The notes beneath the pieces are model-generated. The model was not told the origin of the DNA and made no database searches. It was given only the letters and a program-made list of their open reading frames with translations. DNA of 63,966 nucleotides, the filler included, from Octopus bimaculoides (lineage: Eukaryota): assembly GCF_001194135.2 (NCBI RefSeq). It is 3 parts of 3 records of this genome, joined end to end, with 100 filler letters (N's around TTAATTAATTAA, not from the genome) between each part and the next. Parts side by side here need not be neighbours in the genome. Positions count along the whole stretch, not along the records: positions 32,193 to 63,966 come from NC_068991.1; 2 more parts are not named here. The stretch is one strand, 5' to 3'. Numbering within the stretch: the first letter of the stretch is position 1; each line of letters starts with the position of its first letter. The position numbers and the translations under genes are program-made. Positions 52,738 through 63,966 of the stretch are shown piece after piece.

Positions 52738-53248
52738 AGGCGATGACTACTGACCGAGACCTTTGGAGGTGTGCTGTGCGTGAGAAGACCCGGCAAGCCA
52801 AGTGAGATCGTTGCCAGTGCCCCTGGACTGGCTCTTGTGCGGGTGGCACATAAGATGCACCATTTTGAGCGTGGCCGTTGCCAGTACCGCCTGACTGGCC
52901 TTTGTAGGGTTTTCGAGCGTGGCCGTTGCCAGTACCGCCTGACTGGCCTTTGTAGGGTTTTCAAGCGAGATCGTTGCCAGTGCCCCTGGACTGGCTTGTG
53001 TGGGTGGCACATAAAAGACACCATTTTGAGCGTGGCTGTTGCCAGTATAGCCTGACTGGCCTTCGTGCGGGTGACACGTAAAAGCACCTACTACACTCTC
53101 TGAGTGGTTGGCGTTAGGAAGGGCATCCAGCTGTAGAAACTCTGCCAAATTTAGATTGGAGCCTGGTGTTGCCATCCGGTTTCACCAGTCCTCAGTCAAA
53201 TCGTCCAACCCATGCTAGCATGGAAAGCGGACGTTAAACGATGATGAT
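52738..53248 (+). mobile_element. Young 5'-truncated RTE-clade LINE 3' end (copy 1)
   Basis: End of ORF, modular 3' UTR and (GAT)n tail; near-identical to 54136-54631 in shared blocks; CpGs retained. Confidence 0.85.
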
Positions 53249-53365
53249 ATATATTGTATACCAATAAAAGTAAAAGAATACATGTTTACAATGTAAGATC
53301 TTTTGCTTACAACAGTATAACCATTGTCAGCCATTTGATAAGACAAATATTTTAAGGCTTTCTAC

Positions 53366-53437
53366 CTGCAATATCCCACAGTTGCAGCTTGACTGCTTCA
53401 GTCGGGCTCCATTGTATCAATTTCAAACCAAAATCGA
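53366..53437 (-). CDS. RAB29: RAB29-like coding exon 2 (72 nt)
   Basis: ttttctctttag acceptor; (V)DFGLKLIQWSPTEAVKLQLWDIA(G); donor G|GTAGAA; phase 1-1 compatible with neighbouring exons. Confidence 0.95.
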
Positions 53438-54135
53438 CTAAAGAGAAAAGAAAAAAAGAAGGAAGGTAACATGAAATGGTTCAGAATGTTTATATCTTCA
53501 GTATTGTTACACATCAGCGTAACATGTCCAAATCATTTAACATCAAATGCACTTACACATCGTCTTTGGTCGCACTTACATTAAACAATATATATCATAT
53601 TTAACCAGCCTTGTGGAGGGATGAAATAGTTGTTACTTAACTAAACAAAAGTCATTTTGATGTGCTTTAAAACAAACTATTTCTATAGCAAGAGATTATA
53701 AAAATAATGCTATTTTGCTTTGAGCCCCATTTTTGCATTACTTTTACCTTCTTAAATGTTTAATCTGTTTTGGGTTTTATTTTTCTATCATTTACAACAG
53801 TGTTCTACATTGTGTTTTATCCTCCTTAATCCCACATTCATTCATCACAATACAACTGATCTAAGATAAAATTACATTTGCCATTGGGAGTACAAGGTTA
53901 TAGTTTAATGCATATCTCAGCAGTATTTTAGTATCAGTTTATTTTACACATTGTACTATTTCTATCAGATTTAGAAAGATTTCTACTACAAAGAAAAGTT
54001 AGTTGAGTTGGAGGGAAGTAATTTGATTTGGTCACACGTTCCCTACATCAAGCTTACAAACAATTAGACGGAACAAAAAAACAATTGCAAATTATAACCA
54101 CAATTAGACAGAATAATCAGAGTTATTAACACAAT

Positions 54136-54631
54136 TGTAATGCGTGAAAAAGTGCCAGACCCTAACAGTTGAGGGAACCCGTGGAAGAGGTAGGCCCAGG
54201 AAGACCTGGGCTGAGGTGGTGAGGCAAGACCTTCGTACATTGGGCCTCACCGAGGCGATGACTACTGACCGAGACCTTTGGAAATGTGCTGTGCGTGAGA
54301 AGACCCGGCAAGCCAAGTAAGATCGTTGCCAGTGCCCCTGGACTGGTTCTTGTGCGGGTGGCACATGAGATGCACCATTTTGAGCGTGGCCGTTGCCAGT
54401 ACCGCCTGACTGGCTCCCGTAGGATTTTCGAGCGAGATCGTTGCCAGTGCCCCTGGACTGGCTTCTCTCTGAGTGGTTGGCGTTAGGAAGGGCATCCAGC
54501 TGTAGAAACTCTGCCAAATTAGACTGGAGTCTGGTGTTGCCATCCGGTTTCACCAGTCCTCAGTCAAATCGTCCAACCCATGCTAGCATGGAAAGCGGAC
54601 GTTAAACGATGATGATGATGATGATGATGAT
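54136..54631 (+). mobile_element. Young 5'-truncated RTE-clade LINE 3' end (copy 2)
   Basis: CVKKCQTLTVEGTRGRGRPRKTWAEVVRQDLRTLGLTEAMTTDRDLWKCAVREKTRQAK* (RTE C-terminal GRPRKTW...DR..W), then 3' UTR and (GAT)n tail. Confidence 0.88.
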
Positions 54632-55712
54632 GTATCATAAAAATCCAAAAAGGAAACTTATTCTATAAAATGACACTGCTCATATTGGTTAACAATACTG
54701 TTATAAATGTCAACAGATTGGTTTTAAAATTCATTGTTAAATTCAGTTAAGATTTCATTAGAACAGTTCTACAAATAAAGACATGGAAAGAGAGGGTAGT
54801 AATGGGCAAAGTTACCTATTTCTCCTCAGAAAACAGTCTGGTGGGACAGTCAGCTAAAAGTAGCAACTAATATTGCTTTAAAACACTGACTGAATAGGAC
54901 TAAAAGTGGTGTCAGAAACAGTGGACAGGCATTCTGTTGAAGCCAAGTGGAATATTCTGGCAATCAGGATGGTGCATAAATTATGTCCTGTTCTAGAAAA
55001 TCTCCCTCATAAACCTTTTGCTCCCACATTTTTTTCCACTTGATAAGGATTCTGTCTGCAACACCTCATTCATTCTGCTAGGCACTTTTACAAAGTTTTA
55101 ACTTATGAAAATTGGTGAGCACTATAGTATAAATACAAAAATCAATTCCCCATTGTAGCTAAAGTTTAACAAATAGTTATTACTTACAATACAAAATTTA
55201 TTATTCATTGTCTATCAAATACAGATCAATGCCTCATTGGACAGTTCCTTATGGAAGGCCAATTATAAAATTGATTAAATAGGGTACTGGTATAAAATAC
55301 TTCTATTATGAAGTAGGCGAGAAAGAGATTTAAATTTGTAACAGGTAATCAACAAAACATTTCGGTGAGCTGTGCGTCTATTGTTTATAGCAATGAATTT
55401 ACCAAGTCATATCAAATTTATTGCTGAACCAGTAAAAATTAAACATCTAGGCAATGGCCAGAGTCCAATAATAAAACTGGCAACTTAATTTTTACAGTTG
55501 CTGCAATGATAGTAAACATGTGAAATATTGCCTTTACATGTCACATGAACTGTAAATGGTATCTCTTTACAGATAAACTGACTGGGTCATAGATAGTTTA
55601 GTGTAGCATGTGAACTATTAACCCTCAGCCAGTAAGCCAATACTCTCTGGAACTATGTTATAAATTATAAATATTAATTGTTTAGTACCAAAAAAATTCC
55701 TATAATCTAAAA

Positions 55713-55930
55713 CAGTGTTTCTCAACCATTTTTTTTACCTATGGACACCCTTTAGTTTCTATTTTACTCTGCTGGATCCTCCTATCCATTTGAGGTTCTA
55801 AAAAATCTCATCGTTTTATGATTAAATATTATTGGGAATTGCATTAAGAAAAATTAAACTATTTTGTGTATTGTTGAAGTATAACCAACTTATTAGAGAT
55901 AAATTTTACCAACAAAATCTGGAACCACTG
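55713..55930. mobile_element. hAT (Charlie-like) MITE, 218 bp
   Basis: Ends CAGTGTTTCTCA... and ...GGAACCACTG, with a perfect 8-bp TSD ATCTAAAA (55705-55712, 55931-55938). Confidence 0.88.
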
Positions 55931-57205
55931 ATCTAAAACTTAGTGAGGTCTAAACAGAATTTTTGTCATTTCCTTACTGTACAAGACTAAACTAAAACAT
56001 GCTGAATACAGTATCATGAACAACTGGAACAAGATAACGGCAAGCATTAGATAATAAAACAGATTGGTGACAGATTTATTTTGCTTTTAAAGTACCTACT
56101 TCAGATAGATATTAGAACTTTCAACAGGATGATTCTTCAAATTTCTCTGATGTTAATTCACAATTGTCAACTTGGTTAACATACTTCAGATGGAGAGCAT
56201 AACATCACATGATTACAAAAACATTAATTCTTTGCACTATAATACTTTATACTTCTAGAGCATCGAACTAAGTGTACTTAGTTTTGCCTATCTGTGGGCA
56301 TTTTATTTGGGTGATATCTTTCAACCTGCTGAGGTTGCTAAAATTACTAATTATTGACTAGCTCACCCTTCCAGTCATGTAGTGTAAAACAGAGTAATTC
56401 AATCTTATACACTCACTCCCTGAAATAGAAAACTCCTTGTCAATAGAAATCACCATCAAATTATTTTGCAATGCCATAATTAAAAATATCTTCAAATATG
56501 TAATGAGTGGCACAAAGTAGGAATTAAACTTTCAGTAAGCCAAGATTTTATTCACTAATTGTAGATATAGGAACAAGCATGGCTATATGATAAGTTTGCT
56601 TCCCAACTACATGGTTCCAGGCTCAGTCCCACTACATGGCACCTTGGGCAAGTGTCTTCTACTATAGCTTCAGGCCAACCAAAACCTTGAGTGGATTTGG
56701 TAGACAGAAACTGAAAGACCATCATATATATTTGTGTGTGTGTGCAAAAGAAAACTAATTGGTACCCCAAGGTTGATAGAGTGTGGGTCAGAAAGAACTC
56801 CATTAACACACTGAGATGGCACTGACAGGAAGCCATCACTTTATGAAATGGACTCAGCCATTTCATAATGGTGAGCAGTTTTGGCATAAGTTGTGTGTGC
56901 CACACATGATCAAAGGTTTTGCTTGTACCAAAAATAATACCAAAGATGACATCTTTTAGTAAATTTCTCAGCTAATCTTACTTTGCAAAAACTATTCTGG
57001 TGGTCATTAGGAAAAGGAATTCAAGATGTTGGAGAAGATCCTTGTTAATTACTCTCATCCCATCACCTTTAATATACTAAATTTGAAAACAATACATAGT
57101 TGGTGAAATCAGGAATTACCCTTCTTGGAAACATTACTGCGTTTTACCAGAAGTCAGGATATAATTCTATAAAGAGAGATTGAACAGTTTGAGGCAAGCT
57201 TCAGA

Positions 57206-57399
57206 CCTGAAATTTTGTGGGAGGGGGCCAGTCGATTAGATCTACCCCAGTACACAACTAGCACTTAATTTATCGACCCCCCAAAAGGATGAAAGGCAAA
57301 GTTGGCCTTTGTGGAATTTGAACACAGAACGCAAAGACAGACGAAATACCAATAAGCATTTCACCCAGCATGCTAACATTTCTGCCAGCTCGCCACCTT
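57206..57399 (-). mobile_element. Family B SINE with 10-bp target-site duplication
   Basis: AAGCTTCAGA at 57196-57205 and 57400-57409 flanks the element. Confidence 0.85.
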
Positions 57400-59437
57400 A
57401 AGCTTCAGAGATATTATTACTAGATATTGAAAGGGATACTGTCAGGTCGAATGATCTTGTTGAATAAACCAATCAGAGTTATTTTCACACATGACAGTGA
57501 GCCTGTTGGCATGGAAGAGGATAATTTTGAAGATTTATCTTATGCAATGTGGAGATGGATGCAAAAAAAAAGTAGCAAATGTGGAAGCTTTCTTGATACA
57601 AGTATTGCTCAGAGAATCATCATGGCTGAATAGTGGAGGAAAGGAGAATTCCATGAAAATGTTAGCAATCCTTCAGGAAAGTAATCAACAGGAATGGCTA
57701 CAGTTTGAGAGATCGGAAAGTTCGAGGACTAAGCAATATATCAAGGCATTCTTCAGTTTGGATGATGATATTGCAAGAGTTCTAACTTTGGGTAAGAACC
57801 ATGAAATTTGTAGAGGTAGGTGATTTTCTTCAAGTATTTTCAGTTGATTAACCCACTTGAAATTCAATAACTCACTGTCACACACACACAAAACTATACT
57901 ACCAATAACAGAATCTCTCACATATATACTATACCTGCCACTTATACAGAATTGTTTTCTGTAATTAGCATTTTCTTTTAAATAGTGATGGAATACCTAT
58001 CAAATCCTTGTCTAATCAGTGCTACGAAGAAGTATGCTTAAAACAATATTAATTTCTTTTAGATACATTCAAACAAGTGGAACAGATTCCCAGAAGGTCT
58101 TGGTATTCAAAGAAGTATACCACTTATGTCTTAGTGGATTTGTACAAAGACGTAAGAATGTAGCTTTCAGAGATGTTTCAGACTGCCCCTTCTATACTAC
58201 CTACGTGAACCATCTTAAAGCTTAAGTGCTTCAGAGAAAAATGCGTTTCCATCTTACATTTTAAAATAACCGTAGTTTCCTCGGGTACTACTGGTTAAAC
58301 ATTAATGTTCGGAACGACGAAAGCGACGGCTAAGAAGAGAAAGAGAGAGATGGAGAGAGACACGTGTGTGCACTTAATTACAGTGTAAATATAAAAAATT
58401 CCAAATGTGACAAAACACGACTACAAATAAATGTAAAGCAACGACCACGGGATAGAAGAAATATAGCAACACTTGGGGGTTTAATTATTAAGTCGGTCCC
58501 ACGGAGACGAACTGAATGAAACAGTTAAACAGAACCAGGTTATACTGACATGACTTTCATAACGAGAATCTCTATGTGACAGGTGTATTTCTTGGGAGGT
58601 CAACATTTCTGAAAAGAAATGAGGCAGCTTTGTCATAATAGAATGAAAGGACGTCGCTCCTGAGTCAAAGAAAGTTTAAATAAGGCCAGATAGTAATAAA
58701 CCAAACCAAACACTAATTCCTTGCCGTTCATTATTACTCACAAACTCTTATAAGAGTACAGTTTTAAAGAATTTTCTGAAAAATTTAATTATACAATCAT
58801 GTCGTTGTAAATATTTCTAATTCTAAGGCGGCGAGTATTTCGTCTGTCTTTAATGTTCTAAGTTCAAATTCTACCGAAGTCGACTTTGCCTTTCGAGGTC
58901 GATGTAATCGACTGACCCCTTCCCCAAAAATTTCGTGCTTTGTGCCACGAGAAGGAAAGATTACTTCTAATTCTATTTAAGAAAGAAAAACAAAATAAAA
59001 TAGTATATTTATGCAAGACTCGGTCTTCTGCGATTAATGTCCTAGAGTATCTTCTGTGGCCTTTGCATTGCAAGTTTTCCACGACAAGAGTTTTGTTCAG
59101 CTTAAGGAGCTGACATTTCTAGGAGTTGAAATGTGGGCAGACAAACAATTCCAGTGGTGGAGGGGGTGAGTGATATTGAACAAAATGTTAAGTTGTGCGG
59201 TACCTCAAAAGACAGTAAAAGAATGACAGCAGCTGAAACTCGATTCTGTATTCAATTATTCAGAAAGAGAAACCACAAAGGTAACAGAAGGAGATGAGAG
59301 AAGAAACAACACGTCTATTAGACAGTAGTTGATGCTTATATTGATTGGTGAGTGAATCTCTTAATTAACCAGATTTTTTCAGGGAGGAACACGCAAACAC
59401 CTTTCTACTAATAAATAAATAAATAATTGTTACTCAC

Positions 59438-59561
59438 CACCAATTGTCCACTTGTATGTCCCTCGGAAAGTGTTATTAATATACCTCTGAACAAACGATG
59501 TCTTGCCCACATTCGGGTCCCCAATTATGAGAACTTTGAGGAGTATTTCGGTTTCAGACAT
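59438..59561 (-). CDS. RAB29: RAB29/Rab7L1-like GTPase, coding exon 1 (124 nt)
   Basis: Reads MSETEILLKVLIIGDPNVGKTSFVQRYINNTFRGTYKWTIG+G, with P-loop GDPNVGKTS, and ends at the donor G|GTGAGT. A pyrimidine tract plus CAG (59567-59569) just upstream suggests a further 5' non-coding exon. Confidence 0.95.
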
Positions 59562-62419
59562 CGAGGCTGGCAAATCGAACAGAAATATAAATTATAGAAA
59601 AAAAAACTGAAATGTCGGTGTGATATGGAGAAAGTGTCCCACACCTACAGTAATAAATTAAGTATGAAATATTAGGTCTATCCAAAAATGTTAGCAATTA
59701 TATAGAATCACAGATTCCATTCTCAGAAAATTTATTGCACAGTTTGAACAAGGTCTTATTTTATAGTAATTTGTATAGTCGTGTGTCAGCAGACGACAGG
59801 TCAAATCGGGATCGCTGACTTAAATATGCGTTTCATACAAAAATGTTTGTTTTTTCTGTCTGGTTGGCGAACAAAATAAATATTTGTACTGATAAAAAGA
59901 AAATGTCTCATTTTTGTTATGATTTCAAATGACATTTTTTATGTATTACACACAAAAAAAAAGGCAGCCTCCAAAACACGTAAGCTTTCATGAACAGCGA
60001 TATTGTAAGCAGTAAATGCGATTACCTTCCTAATTATATGGAGCAAATGAAACAAAAGGCGTTTCATATGTCGTGGCGTTATAATTTCCGTGAACGATGC
60101 AGTGACAAAAAAATTATTTTAGTATCAGTCGAAAAAAGGAAATAGATTGGCTCAAACCACTTTGTCCCAAACCCACAACTATCTTCATTCGGTCGAAAAA
60201 ACGTTCACAACATATAGGGCCCTCTTAACGGCATTATAACCCACTGGTGCCCTTACTCACAACAGGATACAAAGATTAGCATTGGGCTCTAAATACATGA
60301 GGTCCCCGCCTATGGTAGAACCGACCCCGTATACCTCTGTTCATAATAAGATGTCACTGCTTTTATAATAATGGTTTCATTTTGTAATCGCTTTGATCCG
60401 TAAGTCAGTCATTTCCAATTCGTTCCCCAGTATTTGCCGACAGCTGGTGTAGTTTACTGGATTTTCCCCTATAATTAGTTAATCAACTTTGAAAGAATGA
60501 AATGCAATGTTGATACTCGCGTAATATTAGTTATTGTTTAAATGGCGGGAAATTAACAGAAACGGTAAAACATTAAGCTAAGGGTCTTGCAATATTTATT
60601 AAAATCTGAAGAAAATAGTTACGGTCTGCATTGACAAATAGAAATGGAAAGTTCAAATAATGGAATAAATTTCATTCCATGAGAAAGAAATCTAAAGATT
60701 CAGGCAGAAACTTCCATTGGATAGAGATGAAATGTTTGGTAGTATTGTCGGATAAATAAATTGGGAATCTATTGATCATTTCGAGACGTTCATCTCTCTT
60801 CGACGACGTGTCCTCTCCGAAACTTAAGACTCGTCTTCCCCTAATGAAATTTCTTCTTACAGTACTTAATTTCTTCCTTTGGGATCAGTTTTGCTTTTCA
60901 TCGCTTGGGAGTTGATAAAATATGTATAAATTATATGCAAGAGACAATTTTCTTGCCTTGACATGTGACCTCGGGACAATGTTCGAACTCAAAATTGTTA
61001 TTACAATTTCACAGACGAACAGAGTTCGCGACTTGGTTTATATTCCAAGTTGCTATTTAATTATGGTGATGATGATGATGAAGAAAGCTTTTCTCCCAAT
61101 ACTACAAAATCTCAAGTTGTGTGCTTCTGTAAGAAACAAATCTGAACTATAGTTATTGAAGCTATAGGACCTCCTCGCGGTTTCTAAAGATCACCCCTAG
61201 CTTTTTCCAAACACCGCAAACTCTCGAACTGAATGCTTCTGTAAGAAACAAGTCTTTACCTATAGTTACAGAATAGGGCCACAGTACAGTGAAAAATTCT
61301 CTAAAGATACAAGTAATTACGAACTGGTTTCAGTCTGTTTTTGTTTGCCGACATCACTAAATAAGGTTAATGTTTACAACTGAACTCGGAAAATAATTCT
61401 GTGGAAATACAATCATCATCACAGTATTATTTCTCATGAAAATGAAAGTATCAAACTTTAAAATTGTAGGAAGCCGCACTGATGCACTTAGTTTGCTTGT
61501 AGGATACTGTATTTTAATAAATTGTACGATATAGTCACGTCCCGTAGTGTTCTTATAGCGAAAAAATAAATGCGTAATTTCGTTTTTGGATTTGGTTTGC
61601 AAGATTCTTTATGAGAGCTCGTGTGTTGAAGTTTTACAGGTGTGTGTTAAATTTTAAGGCACCAAAAGAGAAGGACTCTCCACAAAAGAGTAAATGTGTA
61701 ATGTTGTCATTTCTAAAATGAAGGTTTGTAATAGAACGAGAAATACACACATCATATATATAATTAAAATTGGACTAAGTAAAAAGAAAATATCAAATGA
61801 ATGTTTCACTACTTGTAAGTCATTTGGCAAGTATAATAGATAATAAAATGGAAAAAGCAAATAATCACCTCAGAAAATATAGGTAGTTCCTTGACGAAGT
61901 TGTCCAGATGGTGATAATAACTTAAAAAGAAAAAAGTGTCAAACGGTTCCTGAAAAAGATTCATTCAGCTAAATGTAGTGCCTTGATAAACAAATGAAGT
62001 GAACACAGAGAAATTAGTCGAGAATAGAAGCAGAAGAAAAGAAGGGAAATAAATATAAGCCAAGCGAATAATTGAATATAGTTAGTAATTACGATTAACA
62101 GACACGTGATATTAAATGTCAATAGGTTGGGGAGGTCACATGGGAAACACAATAGCCGGACGAGGGATTTACGAACCGGTGTCCTTTCACCCGAAGTACG
62201 TCATATCTCTCTCTCTCTCTCTCTTTATATATATATATAACCTGTACGTATATATGCATATACTCATTTATTATTTGTTTTATATATATATATATATATA
62301 GTACAGTTTAATAGTAACTTGTTTATAGAAGTGTGTGTGAGTTTCCTGCCGTGCGTCTGAAACTGATGTAAACATACATAAAATACAACTAAAGAAGAAA
62401 TGCGTGTGTGTATATATGG

Positions 62420-63300
62420 GGGGGGGGAGAGATTTTTGGTTGCCGTGAAGTCCCTATACAAATGTCGAGATATTTGTGTTTGGGTAAATAGTGCTGAGGT
62501 GAAACCTTTCAGCGTGGGTGGTGGACTTCGGCAGGGGTGTATTGTCAACTCTCCTTTTCATAATTTTTATGAGATGGGTTGACATGCACGGCCGTTGTGG
62601 AAGTGTTATCACAATCGGTGGGTGTATGATGAGTTGGCTAATATTTGCTTGGCTCATCCGAAGGTCATCTCCAGCATAAACTGAATGGATTTGCTGCTGA
62701 GTGCTGCAAAGCATGGACAAGAATTAGTGTTGTGAAGACAGACATTGGTCCTCTCAAGAAAGTTTTCCCGGTGCGCTGTGAATGTTAGTGGAACATCATT
62801 GAGACAAGTGAGGAAGTTTAAGTATCTGGGGACCATATTCACTAGTGATGGAAAACAGGAGACTCAATTGCCAGCAAAAATTGCGGGTGCTGGCACAGTA
62901 ACATGCCAGCTCTTGCATTCGATCCTAAGAAGTGAGTTTGGTAAAAAGCCAGACTCGCTATTTTCATTTTGTTTTTTGTTCATTTGTCATGAATGTTGGG
63001 TAATGGTCAAAAGAATACGATCACAAATACTAGCAGCTGAAATGGAGATCCTCCAAAGGATCTCTGCAGTAACATCTCTCAAACGGTATCTCAGAGATCA
63101 GGGGATCTCTTCAAGTCAAGCTGCTACTTCTCCATATTTGAGGGTTACAGCTCTAGTACTACAGACGTGATGAGAATGTCACAGGAAATTCCTAAAAGCC
63201 AATCGAACTGGCAGGAAACCTAAGGGTAAACCAAGAACGAAAGGGTTAGATAATACCTATAGTCTCATTTAGTCACACTTGGGAATCTAGACGAAAAGTC
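62420..63300 (+). mobile_element. Degenerate RTE-clade reverse transcriptase fragment
   Basis: VKSLY...VKPFSVGGGLRQGC, QVRKFKYLGTIFTSDGK and RSQILAAEMEILQRI; stops and frameshifts present. Confidence 0.8.
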
Positions 63301-63779
63301 TAATACTGGCAGCTTGGGCAAATGTCTTCTACTATAAGCCCGAGCTGATCAAAGCTTTTGGTAGACGGAAACTGAAAGAAGCATGTCGTACGTACGTATG
63401 TATGAATGTAGGTGTATTTGCGTTTGTCTCCCACCCACCCCCACACTACCTGACAGCCGGTGTTCAGTTCGGTAAAAGAAAAAGAATGAAATAAGTTTTT
63501 GGGTCAATTTGTTCGATTAAACCTATAGGAAAGTTGGTTATACATCATTAGATGTATACCTGACTTTCCTATATAAAATTATAGAATATGTAACGGAACG
63601 CTGAGCTCCAGACTATCAACTTAAACAACATTTATTCAGGTGATAAATATATACACCTTTAGCTCTTGTTGTTACAGCTTCTGTGTGTGTGAGCATAGTT
63701 GTTGGGACGTTGTTATGTAGATGTAAGCGAGCTGTCGAGTGTAAGTTCGAAAGATGGAGAGTGACAGCTAAACACGCAA

Positions 63780-63966
63780 TGAGACTGTCTCCAGGTTGGA
63801 ATGTTGGAGACATTGCTTGACACGTCCATGCTCATGGCCGGCCGACCGAGAAAGAGATAGAATTAAGCGGGAAAGCTTGCGTGTTTAATTCCACGCATGC
63901 GTGAGACTACGCATGCGCACGGCGTTACTACAGGGCTCCCTTGCCAGTGCGAAAACGCACGATAAT
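63780..63966. promoter_or_regulatory. CpG-rich housekeeping-type promoter (E2F-, NRF1- and ACTACA-like motifs)
   Basis: GCGGGAAA 63867-63874; palindrome CACGCATGCGTG 63892-63903; ACGCATGCGCA 63909-63919; ACTACAGGGCTCCC about 63927-63940; locally high CpG; about 4.3 kb upstream of the RAB29 ATG. Confidence 0.55.

Noticed and set aside
53040-53200. Twister, pistol or HDV ribozyme in the RTE 3' UTR
   Set aside because: Only partial motif resemblance was found; the required conserved cores could not be placed in order.
40830-59561. Calling the gene RAB32/RAB38
   Set aside because: TSMTR (not GNMTR), CVVM, SVK, the short N-terminus and the SSWKCC ending fit RAB29 better; a phylogeny is still needed.

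Overview
AT-rich, microsatellite-dense, gapped eukaryotic scaffold. The repeat landscape suggests a coleoid cephalopod such as Octopus, which is an inference. One complete protein-coding gene can be reconstructed by hand on the minus strand: a 5-coding-exon RAB29 (Rab7L1)-type small GTPase of 209 aa, from ATG 59561 to stop 40830. It has canonical GT-AG introns and coding exons of 124/72/182/122/130 nt. A housekeeping-type promoter lies at the right edge. The rest is repeat-derived: tRNA-type SINEs, a nest of R4/Dong-like LINE pieces in (AAT)n tracts, CRE, RTE and Penelope remnants, two Gypsy LTR fragments, mariner/Tc1 relics, and pogo-type and hAT MITEs. Nearly all supplied ORFs are microsatellite or N-gap artefacts. 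The strongest leads are: (1) a minimal hammerhead-ribozyme-like motif with a non-canonical CUGU(U/A)GA core in three copies of a dispersed repeat; (2) a 161-bp, 2-mismatch inverted repeat just downstream of RAB29; (3) a Gypsy LTR with no tRNA primer-binding site, whose PBS-position sequence is complementary to its own LTR start; (4) modular hairpin/pseudoknot cassettes in young RTE 3' UTRs; (5) candidate extra exons, both antisense and alternative, around RAB29. Coordinates and counts were made by eye, and no searches were run.
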